A stretch of DNA of 46,180 nt from Lysobacterales bacterium (GCA_020442775.1 JAGRJL010000025.1:1-46180), one strand, 5' to 3'. Shown: positions 25,255 through 34,403, numbered from the stretch's first letter. The notes: generated by a model from the sequence alone, not told the origin. A program made the numbers and translations.

Positions 25255-26533
25255 ACGCCTACGCAGCCGAATCATCATTTCATCGCTGCTGCTGGGCTCG
25301 CTGCTGGCGATCCTGTTTGCAGTGGCGGTGCTGGTGCTGCGCGACTGGCTGGAAAACCGCCTGATCGATGACACCCTCAGCCGAGAGCTGGCCAACTACG
25401 CGCAGCAGTTTCGCGCCGATCCTACCAACGATCTGGGGACCTATTCCAAGATCGAGGGCTACGTCATCAGCAAGCGCAATTTCGGCAACGTGCAGCTGGA
25501 GTGGCGCTATCTGGACAACGGCGTTCATCGGATCGTCGAAAACGGCAGCCACGAAGGGCACGCTGCCTACAAGCTGGCGGTGCTCAAGGACGACGACTAC
25601 TGGTTTTTTCTGCGCTACGACGTGACCCAGGAGGAGCAGGGGCGGATCGCGCTGTCGATCGCGCTGGTGGTCACCGTGGTGGTGTTCTCCGGACTGGCCT
25701 GGCTGCTGGGGGTGTGGTCATCGTCGCGGGTGATGGCGCCGGTGTCGGAGCTGGCGCAGCGGATCGAGCAGCTCGGCAGTCGCGGCGAGACCGAGGCGCT
25801 AGCCGGTCATTTTGCCGACGATGAAGTGGGTCAGGTGGCCAGCGCGCTGGATGACTACGCATTGCGGCTCACTCAGCTGGTTGCGCGCGACCGCGAGTTC
25901 AATTCCGACGTCAGCCACGAGCTGCGCACGCCGCTGGCGGTGATTCTGTCCACCGTGGAACTGCTGCTGGCGATGCCCGACCTCAGCGACCGGGCGCGTG
26001 ACCGCCTGCGTCGGATCGAGCGTGCGGCGAAGCAATCAACCGAACTCACCACCGCGCTGCTGCACCTGTCCCGCGGCGAACGTCAGGCACCCTCGGAAGG
26101 TGAAACCACCGAGGTCGGCAAGGTGCTCGACCAGTTGCTGGAGACCCATCGTTCGCAGCTGGGGCGCAAGCCGCTGACCCTGGAGCTGATCAAGGAGGCC
26201 GAAGTCCAGGTGGATGCGCCGCAGTCGGTCATTGCAGTGGCGGTGGGCAACCTCTTGGGCAACGCAATCAAGTACACCAGCGAAGGAGTGGTGCGGGTCC
26301 GGCTGGAGGCCGATCGGGTGCTGGTCGAAGACACCGGGCCGGGAATCAGCCAGCACGAAGCCGACCGCCTGTTCGAGCGTAATTATCGCGGCGTGGGCGC
26401 TACCGGGTCGGGTGCCGGCCTGGGGTTGGCCATCGTCTCCCGGCTGTGCGATCTGTACGGCTGGCGGGCCTCGATGGAGCCGCGCGAAGGCGGTGGCGCA
26501 AGGGCAATGCTGGACTTCTCGCCGCCGCCGTGA
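25217..26533 (+). CDS. Membrane sensor histidine kinase (HisKA + HATPase_c), cognate of the 24571..25254 regulator; start codon uncertain
   Basis: Two TM helices (IIISSLLLGSLLAILFAVAVLVL; IALSIALVVTVVVFSGLAWLLGVW), a HAMP-like linker, H-box FNSDVSHELRTPLAVI, and NLLGNAIKYT / EDTGPGI / GSGAGLGLAIV. There is no in-frame ATG or GTG between the upstream stop and the first TM. TTG 25217 is the only classical start I see and overlaps the regulator gene by 38 nt. Confidence 0.8.
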   Translation: MATASSTPKRHRRRLRSRIIISSLLLGSLLAILFAVAVLVLRDWLENRLIDDTLSRELANYAQQFRADPTNDLGTYSKIEGYVISKRNFGNVQLEWRYLDNGVHRIVENGSHEGHAAYKLAVLKDDDYWFFLRYDVTQEEQGRIALSIALVVTVVVFSGLAWLLGVWSSSRVMAPVSELAQRIEQLGSRGETEALAGHFADDEVGQVASALDDYALRLTQLVARDREFNSDVSHELRTPLAVILSTVELLLAMPDLSDRARDRLRRIERAAKQSTELTTALLHLSRGERQAPSEGETTEVGKVLDQLLETHRSQLGRKPLTLELIKEAEVQVDAPQSVIAVAVGNLLGNAIKYTSEGVVRVRLEADRVLVEDTGPGISQHEADRLFERNYRGVGATGSGAGLGLAIVSRLCDLYGWRASMEPREGGGARAMLDFSPPP

Positions 26534-26561
26534 GCGAACGCGGGTCAGCGTGAGCCGGCTT

Positions 26562-27017
26562 TCAGCCGGTCTGGCGACGGCGGGCCGGCCGAGTTGCGCG
26601 CTTCGGCCGCCGGGTCGAGATCCCATAGCCCATCCACAGCGCAAGAGCTGCACCGCCGACAAAGCACGCCAATTCCAGCCAGCCCACCCGGGCGCGACTG
26701 ACCGCGAACGCCATTTCCGGGCCGATGTCAAAGATCCAGGGCCATAGTCCCTTGCCCAGATGCGCAGCCACAATCGCGGCGCCGATCAGGAAACTCGCCT
26801 GAGCCAGCGCAATCAGATAGCCACCGAGGCCCAGCAGGGCCCGCCACCAGCCGGCCGGATGCTGGTTGAACATGAGCAGCCAGGTCAGCGGCAGCGGCAC
26901 CAGCAGGGCCAACCAGGGACCTCGATCGCCCAGCAGCAGCGCCAGCAGCGCCCATAATCCGCCCAGCGCATTGCCGGCCAGAATCACCGCGACGATTCCC
27001 AGAACCCAATTGAGCAC
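26562..27017 (-). CDS. Hypothetical inner-membrane protein (151 aa, 4 predicted TM helices)
   Basis: Hydrophobic throughout (MLNWVLGIVAVILAGNALGGLWALLALLLG...), with a basic C-terminal tail RRPKRATRPARRRQTG. No family recognised. Confidence 0.6.
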   Translation of the reverse strand: MLNWVLGIVAVILAGNALGGLWALLALLLGDRGPWLALLVPLPLTWLLMFNQHPAGWWRALLGLGGYLIALAQASFLIGAAIVAAHLGKGLWPWIFDIGPEMAFAVSRARVGWLELACFVGGAALALWMGYGISTRRPKRATRPARRRQTG

Positions 27018-27338
27018 GCGATCTTCCCCGAATCAGACAACTGCCGCATGCGTGGAGGCCGCCGTCCTGTGGCGATCTTCGATCATGCGCATGGCGGACA
27101 ATGACACATTCCGGGTGAACAGTGGCGGAGTGGGCGAGGTGGGCCAGCGCGCCGCTCCGATCGCGCGGCCCAACCCGGATATTTCACCAGTCGTCGCGCG
27201 ACTGCCCAAAGGTCTGTCGTACCGCGATCTACTCTCTCCGATCGGCTCGAGGTCGTGTTCAATTACGCCCTCGCCAATTCCGCTCCGCCGGCCGCAGCTT
27301 GGCGCCTCTGCGATACCCGCGCGACGAACAGTGATGAG

Positions 27339-30300
27339 CTATCCCGGCTGGTCGCTGCTGCGCTGCCAGTTGGCCAGACCGCCGCCGATGATTTGCTCGA
27401 CGCCATGACCAACCCCCGCGGAGAAGTCGCTGTGACGAGCATGCGACGCCGGGAGCAGGCGGTTCCAGCCGTCGCGGCCATGGGTCTTGACCCAGTAGAG
27501 CGCAACGTCGGCCAACTCCATGGCCATGGCCCAATCGGCGATATCGCTGCGGTCCGCCATCGCCGGATAAGGGCAAACCCCCATCGACACGCTCATCGCC
27601 ACGCGCTCGACTTCATTGGCCCGAAAGTCGGCCCGGCGCACCGCCTTGACCACTCTTTCGGCAAAGCGCTCTGGTGAGCCGACCGCCGATTCCGGAACCA
27701 GCAGCAGGAACTCCTCGCCGCCCCAGCGAAAGGCGTGCCCCTGGTCTCCCGCCAGCCGCAGCATCAGTTGCGAGAACTGCTTGAGGATGTCGTCGCCGAC
27801 CAGATGGCCGAGGCGGTCATTGATCGCCTTGAAATGGTCCAGATCCATCAGGAAAAGCCACAGGCGCTCCTGGTCGGTTTCGCCGAGCAGACTTCGGCGC
27901 CGCCAGTCGGCGAGGAACTTGGCCAGAAAGCGACGATTCTTCAGGCCGGTGAGGCCATCGGTGAAACTTTCCTGGGCCAGGGCCTGGTTGGCATTGCGCA
28001 ATCGCTCATTGGCCCGGCGCAGTTCCTCGGTGCGCTGGTCAACAACCCGTTGCAGGCGCTGCTCCCGACTCAGGCTGCGGATCCGCAGCAGGTAGGTCAA
28101 TCCAGCCAGGCTCGCCAGCGCCAGCACTCCTGCCAGCAGCCTGAACCACAGGGTCTCGCTGGGCCAGGCGGGGACCACAATACGGGTTGGACTGGCCTTG
28201 ACGAAGCGGTCGGTGGCGCCACCCTGGGCCGACAGCTCGAACTGATAATGCCCCGGCGCCAGATTGGTGTAGCGAACGCTGCGCTGATCAGTCAGTGATT
28301 GCCAGTCGCTTTCATAGCCGACCATGCGGTAGCGGAAACGGACCGATTCGGGGTCGCGAAAAGCCAACGCCGTGTACTCGATGGTAATGTCGCGCAGCCC
28401 CCGGGGCAGCTCCATAGACGCACTACCCGGCCACTGTTGGCCGCCCTCGGCGATGATTCGCTCGACCATGACGCGATCGGGTTGTTGCGGCGCCTCCACG
28501 TCTTCGGGGTCGACCCGCACCAGTCCATTGAGGCTGGGAAACCAGAGCTTCCCGCGCCAGTAAAGTCCGCGACTGGTGGCGCCCGCATTGCAGCAGCGCA
28601 GGCGCTGGCCGCCGCGGGCGTTGCGACCCTCATTGAGTACCGGTTCCGGACTCACCCGCCCACCGTTGAGCAGGAAGTTCTCGATCTGGGCGACGCTGAG
28701 CCTGTAGACCCCGCGAGGGCTGCTGACCCACAGGTAGCTGCTGTCGGCCTGCAGGTTGGCCACCGAGTTCCAGGGCAGTCCCTGCGCCCCGCCCAGGGTG
28801 CTGTAGCCGGTCAGGTCGCGAATGTAGATGCCGTCGTTGAAGGTGCCAATGACCAGCTTGCCACCGGCCATCGGCAGCAGTGCGGTGACCAGGGCGGCAT
28901 CCAGCCCAGAGCCGGTGCGGATGTGCTTGAACTGACCTTCGAGGCCGGCGTACAGGCCTTGTTCGGTGCCCACGTAGAGCTGTTCCTCGAACTGCACCAG
29001 ACTGCGCACCGCGGCGACTGACAGACCCTCGTTGCTCCCGTAGCGCTTGAATAGCCCGTTGCTCTGCAGATAGAGCCCGTCGCTGGTGCCGATCCAGTAG
29101 GTGCTCGGGTTGATCTCCAGGACCGCATTGATCTGCAGTCCGCTCAGCGGGCTCCACAAGGCCGGCTCGTCCAGCGTTGTCCCGTTCCACCGCGCCATAC
29201 CTGCTCGGGTGCCGATCCAGGCGCCGCCGGTGCTGGGGAAAAACAGGTTGTAAACGGCGCTGTTGCGCAGTGATTGCGTTGAAATCACCTCCACGGCCTG
29301 ATCTTGCGCATCCAGCTGCCAGACGCCGGTCGCGGTCCCCAGCCAGACCCGCTGATCGGGTCCGCGTGCCACGCTCCACACGAAGGGATCGCTCAGGCCA
29401 CGCTGCGGACCAATCCGCGCGGCCCAGCCATTCCACCAGCGTGACAGGCCGGTGGTGTAGCTGCCGATCCACAGGTCGCCCTGAGGGTCTTCGAAAATGC
29501 TTGCAATCCAGGCGCGCACGCTGTCGTGTTCGGTCAGCGCCCATTCCAGGCCGCGCTCAGCGTTGTAGCGCATCAGCCCGTCAATCAGGCCGATCCACAG
29601 ATTGCCGTCACGATCAGCGTGGAGCGCCTCGATGGATGCCTCCGCCAGCGGTGCAGCCCAGGCTGGTTGGCGCAATTTGCCATCGACGAATTCGAACAAG
29701 CCGCGGGAGCTGCCGACATACATCCGGCCTGCGCGGGAGGCGAGGTGGGTGAATCGCAATTGGCCCAAGTTACGATCTGCCGGAACCGCCGCAGCCATCC
29801 CCCCGCTGACTTCGTAGACTGCGCCATCGCTGCCGGCATAGATCCGGCTGCCGACGCTGAGCAGCGCATAGACCTTTGAATCTGCCAGGCCCAGGCGGGT
29901 CGCGTGACCCTTGCTGTAGCCGAACACCCCGCGGTCGGTGCCGATCAGTACGCTGCCGCCCGGTGCCATGGCAAATCCGTGGACTTGACCAACATTGGCG
30001 CCCAGCCCTTCAACCGGGTGCAGGCCCGCCTGGTCCAAAAGAGCGGCGCCGTGCGGTGTACCCAGCCAGAGGTCGCCCTGATCGTCGCGCCATACCCGAT
30101 CGGTGATCGAAGGCTGGTAGCCGTTCAGATCAGACGCGCCGTAGCTGGTGAAGCGGAGTCCGTCGAAGCGTGCCAGGCCGCCCTGGGTACTCATCCACAG
30201 ATATCCCATCCGGTCATGGGCGATGGAGGTCACCGAGACCTGCGGCAGACCATCGGGAAAGCCCCAATGGTCGATCACGTATTCATCCGGGGCGCGCTGG

Positions 30301-30497
30301 AGGTCGAGTGCCCAGCAGTGACTGGCCCAGGCCGTCAGCGCTAGCGCGAGCGGCCGCACCCAGCGGGCGAGGGAGGTCCGCGAGGTCAAACGGGACTTCA
30401 ACACGGTATTGCCCAAAACATATAGCCTTCGGTCCGGCGTGAAGAATGATCCTGTGCGCTGTTTTGCCTTGGCACCACGACTTCGCCCCACGCGCAT
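27339..30497 (-). CDS. Periplasmic propeller / Y_Y_Y sensor diguanylate cyclase, paralogue of 9305..12220
   Basis: Same architecture as 9305..12220: signal peptide (LALALTAWASHCWA), propeller repeats, Y_Y_Y (IEYTALAFRDPESVRFRYRMVGYESDW...GHYQFELSA), TM helix, coiled coil, GGDEF (FRWGGEEFLLLV). First ATG is 30497. GTG 30404 would give a more typical signal-peptide length, and the track start 30545 is TTG. Confidence 0.88.
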   Translation of the reverse strand: MRVGRSRGAKAKQRTGSFFTPDRRLYVLGNTVLKSRLTSRTSLARWVRPLALALTAWASHCWALDLQRAPDEYVIDHWGFPDGLPQVSVTSIAHDRMGYLWMSTQGGLARFDGLRFTSYGASDLNGYQPSITDRVWRDDQGDLWLGTPHGAALLDQAGLHPVEGLGANVGQVHGFAMAPGGSVLIGTDRGVFGYSKGHATRLGLADSKVYALLSVGSRIYAGSDGAVYEVSGGMAAAVPADRNLGQLRFTHLASRAGRMYVGSSRGLFEFVDGKLRQPAWAAPLAEASIEALHADRDGNLWIGLIDGLMRYNAERGLEWALTEHDSVRAWIASIFEDPQGDLWIGSYTTGLSRWWNGWAARIGPQRGLSDPFVWSVARGPDQRVWLGTATGVWQLDAQDQAVEVISTQSLRNSAVYNLFFPSTGGAWIGTRAGMARWNGTTLDEPALWSPLSGLQINAVLEINPSTYWIGTSDGLYLQSNGLFKRYGSNEGLSVAAVRSLVQFEEQLYVGTEQGLYAGLEGQFKHIRTGSGLDAALVTALLPMAGGKLVIGTFNDGIYIRDLTGYSTLGGAQGLPWNSVANLQADSSYLWVSSPRGVYRLSVAQIENFLLNGGRVSPEPVLNEGRNARGGQRLRCCNAGATSRGLYWRGKLWFPSLNGLVRVDPEDVEAPQQPDRVMVERIIAEGGQQWPGSASMELPRGLRDITIEYTALAFRDPESVRFRYRMVGYESDWQSLTDQRSVRYTNLAPGHYQFELSAQGGATDRFVKASPTRIVVPAWPSETLWFRLLAGVLALASLAGLTYLLRIRSLSREQRLQRVVDQRTEELRRANERLRNANQALAQESFTDGLTGLKNRRFLAKFLADWRRRSLLGETDQERLWLFLMDLDHFKAINDRLGHLVGDDILKQFSQLMLRLAGDQGHAFRWGGEEFLLLVPESAVGSPERFAERVVKAVRRADFRANEVERVAMSVSMGVCPYPAMADRSDIADWAMAMELADVALYWVKTHGRDGWNRLLPASHARHSDFSAGVGHGVEQIIGGGLANWQRSSDQPG

Positions 30498-30580
30498 GGG
30501 AGATTCGCAGGCCTTGCATGGTATCGTCGCGCCCCCATCACACAAGCGTTGCTGATCACCGCAGCGCCTGGAACAGATCC

Positions 30581-31135
30581 ATGTACAGTTCTACCAGTGA
30601 ACCCTTCTCCCTGAACCGTGATTGTCATGCGGTGATGGTTCCCGGCGGCGAGGAAGTCAAACTCCCCGCAGGTTCGATTGGATACATTACCCAATCATTG
30701 GGAGGCAGCTTCACCATCTATCTGGACGGTAATCTGTTTCGGATCGCCGGTAGTGATGCGGACGCGCTCGGCAAGCCGGTCCCCGAGCCACCCACGCTGC
30801 CGGAGGATGCCACCGAGGCGGATGTCGAAGATCTGGTCTGGCAGCAGATGCGCACCTGTTTCGACCCCGAGATCCCGGTCAACATTGTCGATCTGGGTTT
30901 GATCTACGAATGCGTGATCTCCGGTGATCGCGACCAGGGTCGTCAGGTCGCGGTGAAGATGACCCTGACCGCGCCGGGTTGCGGGATGGGCGAGATCCTG
31001 GTCAGCGATGTGCGTGAGAAGATCGAGGCGATTCCCACCATCGCCGAGGCCGACGTCGAGCTGGTATTCGATCCGCCCTGGAACTCCACCATGATGACCG
31101 AGGCCGCACGGCTGGAAACGGGGATGATGTACTAA
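30581..31135 (+). CDS. sufT: SufT-like Fe-S cluster assembly protein (DUF59/MIP18 domain), 184 aa
   Basis: The N-terminal extension (...VKLPAGSIGYITQSLGGSFTIYLDGNLFRI) followed by a DUF59 core (VWQQMRTCFDPEIPVNIVDLGLIY...VKMTLTAPGCGMG...VELVFDPPWN) is the SufT arrangement. No other suf genes are in the window. Confidence 0.8.
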   Translation: MYSSTSEPFSLNRDCHAVMVPGGEEVKLPAGSIGYITQSLGGSFTIYLDGNLFRIAGSDADALGKPVPEPPTLPEDATEADVEDLVWQQMRTCFDPEIPVNIVDLGLIYECVISGDRDQGRQVAVKMTLTAPGCGMGEILVSDVREKIEAIPTIAEADVELVFDPPWNSTMMTEAARLETGMMY

Positions 31136-31224
31136 GAGCAGGGTATAGGGCCCAGGGCACAGGAGCCATGGGCTTCGCCGCCGCCGTTGCTGCCTAGGCC
31201 CTGAGCCCTCTTCGCGCCTGCTCT
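31135..31224. repeat. Long imperfect inverted repeat (about 90 nt) filling the sufT - SLC13 intergenic region
   Basis: Outer stem AGAGCAGG (31135-31142) / CCTGCTCT (31217-31224). Inner stem AGGGCCCAGGGC (31147-31158) / GCCCTGAGCCCT (31198-31209, 11/12 complementary). It starts at the sufT stop codon and has no U-tract. Confidence 0.6.
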
Positions 31225-31265
31225 AAGCTAGAATGATCGCCCGCTCTTTCCCGGCCTAGGCGTGA

Positions 31266-33032
31266 ATGGGTTTTGAGGCCTATCTGGTACTGGCCGTTGT
31301 CATTGCGGCGGTCATTGCCTTCATCAGCGAACGATTTCCAGTGGAGGGCGTGGCGCTGGCGTCCCTGCTGGCGTTGCTGGTTGGCGGGGTGCTCACGGTC
31401 GATCAGGGCTTCAAGGGCTTCGCCAATGAGGCAGTCATTACGGTGGCAGCGATGTTCGTGCTGTCTGCCGGACTCCAGCGCAGCGGAGCGCTCAATACCC
31501 TCGCGCGCTGGCTGGTGATCTATGGAACATCGCCGGCCAGACTGCTGTTGCTGGTGGTTCTGGCGGGCGGACTGTCCAGCGGCATTGTCAACAATACTGC
31601 GATTGTCGCGGTCTTCATTCCCTTGGTGCTGGCCGCTGCCCAGAGCAACAAGCTATCGCCCTCCAAGCTGCTGATCCCGCTGTCCTACGCCAGCCAGTTG
31701 GGTGGGGTGTGCACCCTGTTGGGCACCTCCACCAACCTGCTGGTGGCCTCGATTGCGATCGGCGCGGGCGTGGGTCAGATGGGCGTGTTCGCACCCACCC
31801 CCTACGGTCTGATCGTGTTTGCGGTGGGCGGGCTGTACCTGATGTTGATCAGTCCCTGGCTGCTGCCGGCCACCCGCGTGACCGAACTGACCGAGACCTA
31901 CAGTCTGGGCGACTACATCAGCGAGCTGCGGGTGGACGCCGGCAGTCCGCTGGTCGGACGGCGCATCCGGGTCCAGGAGTGGGAGAGCGAAAGCGGAATT
32001 ACCGTGCTCGAAGTCATCCGTGACAAGGGCAAGCTGTTCTCGCCGCTGGACGTGACCGTGCGCCCCGACGACGTCTTGCTGGTCAAGGGCAAGGTCGAGA
32101 GCCTGATGGGCTTCCGGGATCGCTACAAGCTGATGATTGCGCCCGACTTCTCGCTCAGCGATGAAGAGCTGGTGGGCAACAACATCGTCCTGGTCGAGGC
32201 CCTGGTCGCACCCAGTTCGCGCTTTGCCGGCGAGACCCTGGCCTCGCTGGACTTTTATCGCCACTACAACACCCTGGTGCTGGCGATCCAGCGTCGCGGG
32301 CAGGTGCTGCGCGACAAGCTCAAGGAAGTCACCCTGACCTTCGGTGACTCGCTGCTGCTGCTCGCTCGCCAGGAGGACCTTCCACAGCTGCGTCGCAGCC
32401 AGGACCTGATCATGCTCGAACGCGGTGAGCGCATGCGCACGCCGAAGCGCGCCCGAATGGCGCTGATCATCATGACTCTGGTGGTGGGGCTTGCTGCGTT
32501 CAAGGTGCTGCCGATCATCGTGACCGCGCTGTTGGGGGTGATGGCGATGCTGCTGGCGCGCTGCCTGACCATTGACGAGGCTTATCTGGCGGTGGAGTGG
32601 CGGGTAATCCTGCTGCTGGCCTGCATGATTCCGCTGGGTACCGCGATGCAGGACACCGGTCTGGCGCGCTGGGTTTCGGACAACGTGATCGGCGTGGTCT
32701 CGCCGCTGGGCGCAGTCGCCACCCTGAGTGCGGTGTATCTGCTCACCGCGATCCTGACCGAGCTGATGTCGAACAACGCGGCCGCGGTGCTGATGGCGCC
32801 GATTGCGATCACCAGCGCGCGCACCATGGACGCCGACCCGCTGCCCTTCCTGCTGGCGGTTATGTTCGCCGCCTCCACCGCCTTCTCGACCCCGCTGGGC
32901 TACCAGACCAACACCATGGTCTACAACACCGGCGGCTATCGCTTCCGCGACTTTCTGCAGGTCGGTCTGCCGCTGAACTTCCTGCTCTGGATCATGGCGA
33001 CCATTGTGATCCCGCTGATCTGGCCGCTGTAG
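31266..33032 (+). CDS. SLC13/DASS-family permease with two central TrkA-C (RCK_C) domains (588 aa)
   Basis: N- and C-terminal multi-TM halves (…VTVAAMFVLSAGLQRSGAL… / …LTELMSNNAAAVLMAPIAI…). These flank a soluble insert with two TrkA-C-like repeats (GSPLVGRRIRV...GITVLEVIRD; SRFAGETLASLDF...NTLVLAIQRRG). Confidence 0.88.
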   Translation: MGFEAYLVLAVVIAAVIAFISERFPVEGVALASLLALLVGGVLTVDQGFKGFANEAVITVAAMFVLSAGLQRSGALNTLARWLVIYGTSPARLLLLVVLAGGLSSGIVNNTAIVAVFIPLVLAAAQSNKLSPSKLLIPLSYASQLGGVCTLLGTSTNLLVASIAIGAGVGQMGVFAPTPYGLIVFAVGGLYLMLISPWLLPATRVTELTETYSLGDYISELRVDAGSPLVGRRIRVQEWESESGITVLEVIRDKGKLFSPLDVTVRPDDVLLVKGKVESLMGFRDRYKLMIAPDFSLSDEELVGNNIVLVEALVAPSSRFAGETLASLDFYRHYNTLVLAIQRRGQVLRDKLKEVTLTFGDSLLLLARQEDLPQLRRSQDLIMLERGERMRTPKRARMALIIMTLVVGLAAFKVLPIIVTALLGVMAMLLARCLTIDEAYLAVEWRVILLLACMIPLGTAMQDTGLARWVSDNVIGVVSPLGAVATLSAVYLLTAILTELMSNNAAAVLMAPIAITSARTMDADPLPFLLAVMFAASTAFSTPLGYQTNTMVYNTGGYRFRDFLQVGLPLNFLLWIMATIVIPLIWPL

Positions 33033-33083
33033 ACGGTCACCAAAGCAGGCTGGAGCGTTCGCGCGAATCAGGTGGGCGAGGCG

Positions 33084-33815
33084 CTATTCCAGGCCCAGCG
33101 CGACGAATCGGTATGGCGGATAGGGCGCGCTCAGTTCCAGCACCAGATCCGCCTCTGCGCCGTCCGGGAGGGTTTCAGCCTGAGCGCGGAGTCGGTCAAT
33201 CTGTGCGCGTGAAACCAGTAGTGCGAGCTTGGCCCAGCAGCGCTCGTCGTCAAAGACTGCGGTCGCGAAATCCAGACAAAGATCACTCAATCTGTCGATC
33301 AGCTGCTGCTGGCAGCGCCTGCGCTCGGCGTGCAGGACTCGCTGCAGGGTCTGGCCGAGGTGGATTCGTTCAGACGCGGTGGGCGTCCTCCCGGCCGCGA
33401 GGTACTGACGGCAGAGCTCTCTGAGCTCGCTGCAGTTTTCAAAAAAGTGGCTGTACAGGTTCTCACCACGCCAGCTTAGCCTGACCGTGAACTCCACTCT
33501 ATCGGCTATCGCATCCAGCCGTGCGCACAGCCGATTGCGCAAGGGCAGCAGCTCCTTGCGCAGCGTCTCTTCGTCCGGAGCCACCATTCCAAATGACATG
33601 GGCAGAACGTCCGCGGATGCGGTCAGCTGCTGCAGCAGCGCCTGGAAGTCCGCCAGGTTGGTCTGGCCCGGGAGCACATGGGCGATGCTGCAGTCGCTTA
33701 CGATCACCCGAAAATCGGCGACTTCCACAGCACGAACCGGATTGCCGAATAGTCCGGTCAGTGAGGGCGAATCGTCGAGCCCTCTGCGGTTGATGCCATA
33801 CAGAATCAACGCCAT
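33084..33815 (-). CDS. GvpL/GvpF-family gas-vesicle-associated protein (243 aa)
   Basis: Family hallmarks in the expected order: N-terminal MALILYGI, VLPMSFGMV (LP.RFG block), RVEFTVRLSW (EV.VK..W block), C-terminal LSAPYPPYRFV. The in-frame upstream region has a stop and no alternative start, so ATG 33815 is the start. Confidence 0.8.
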   Translation of the reverse strand: MALILYGINRRGLDDSPSLTGLFGNPVRAVEVADFRVIVSDCSIAHVLPGQTNLADFQALLQQLTASADVLPMSFGMVAPDEETLRKELLPLRNRLCARLDAIADRVEFTVRLSWRGENLYSHFFENCSELRELCRQYLAAGRTPTASERIHLGQTLQRVLHAERRRCQQQLIDRLSDLCLDFATAVFDDERCWAKLALLVSRAQIDRLRAQAETLPDGAEADLVLELSAPYPPYRFVALGLE

Positions 33816-34001
33816 CGGACGTCGCTGCCGCGGGCGGTCTGCGCCGCTGCGAAGTCGATCTTTCTTTCGACCAGAAACCTGATCGACTCGGCGACGCCGG
33901 CCGGGCGTTTAACACGATCCCCGCAGTTCTTCGAAGCGATACCGTCAGACCGTCCGGAGCCGGCGCAGTACAGTGCTGGATGAGCGACCGAAGCCACCGA
34001 A

Positions 34002-34190
34002 CTATTCGCGATCAGCCGCCGCTGCGGCGAGCAGGATGAATTCCGCGTACTGCTGGAAGCTTTCTCGGGTGGCGCCGGAAACTTGTGCCTCGACCTGGAC
34101 CAGCTCAATGCTGTCCAGCGAAATCTCCGCGAAGGCGTCGATGACCACGCCATGGTCCAGCGAGTAGCTGACGATTTCCTTCAGTCTCAT
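34002..34190 (-). CDS. GvpA/GvpJ/GvpM-family gas-vesicle shell-type protein (62 aa)
   Basis: LKEIVSYSLDHGVVIDAFAEISLDSIELVQVEAQVSGATRESFQQYAE aligns without gaps to the canonical GvpA core [48 protein letters not shown]. Identities include L.E, LD.G.VIDA, SL..IEL, EA and YAE. Confidence 0.8.
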   Translation of the reverse strand: MRLKEIVSYSLDHGVVIDAFAEISLDSIELVQVEAQVSGATRESFQQYAEFILLAAAAADRE

Positions 34191-34225
34191 CGGCGGCGCC
34201 TGTGCTCGCTGTCAGGTGGCCAGTC

Positions 34226-34264
34226 AGAAATAATCCAACACACTGTACAATATACTTACACAAG
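34226..34264. promoter_or_regulatory. AT-rich patch in the divergent gvpA-like / response-regulator intergenic region (promoter-like)
   Basis: agaaataatccaacacactgtacaatatacttacacaag stands out against the GC-rich surroundings. It lies 36-74 nt upstream of the gvpA-like ATG (34190). I cannot assign hexamers confidently. Confidence 0.3.
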
Positions 34265-34403
34265 TCAGGCTGGCCGAGCCGACGGCATGATCTTCAATGC
34301 AGGTCGACAGCGGCAGCGGGAACGCCCACAATCGCGGCTTGGTCGATTGCGGCGGGCATGAACCAAGGGGTTCGTTCACGCTGGCAACCATCGAATACCT
34401 ACT

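Noticed and set aside
30581-31135. Orphan sufT-like gene as a sign of a disrupted suf operon.
   Set aside because: The gene is intact with a good start context. From memory, stand-alone DUF59/SufT-like genes are common in proteobacteria, and nothing in the sequence indicates decay.
33084-34190. A complete gas-vesicle gene cluster.
   Set aside because: Only a GvpA-family and a GvpF/L-family gene are present. No GvpN, K, G, J/M/S, O or C-like ORFs are on either side within the window, so I do not call a gas-vesicle operon.
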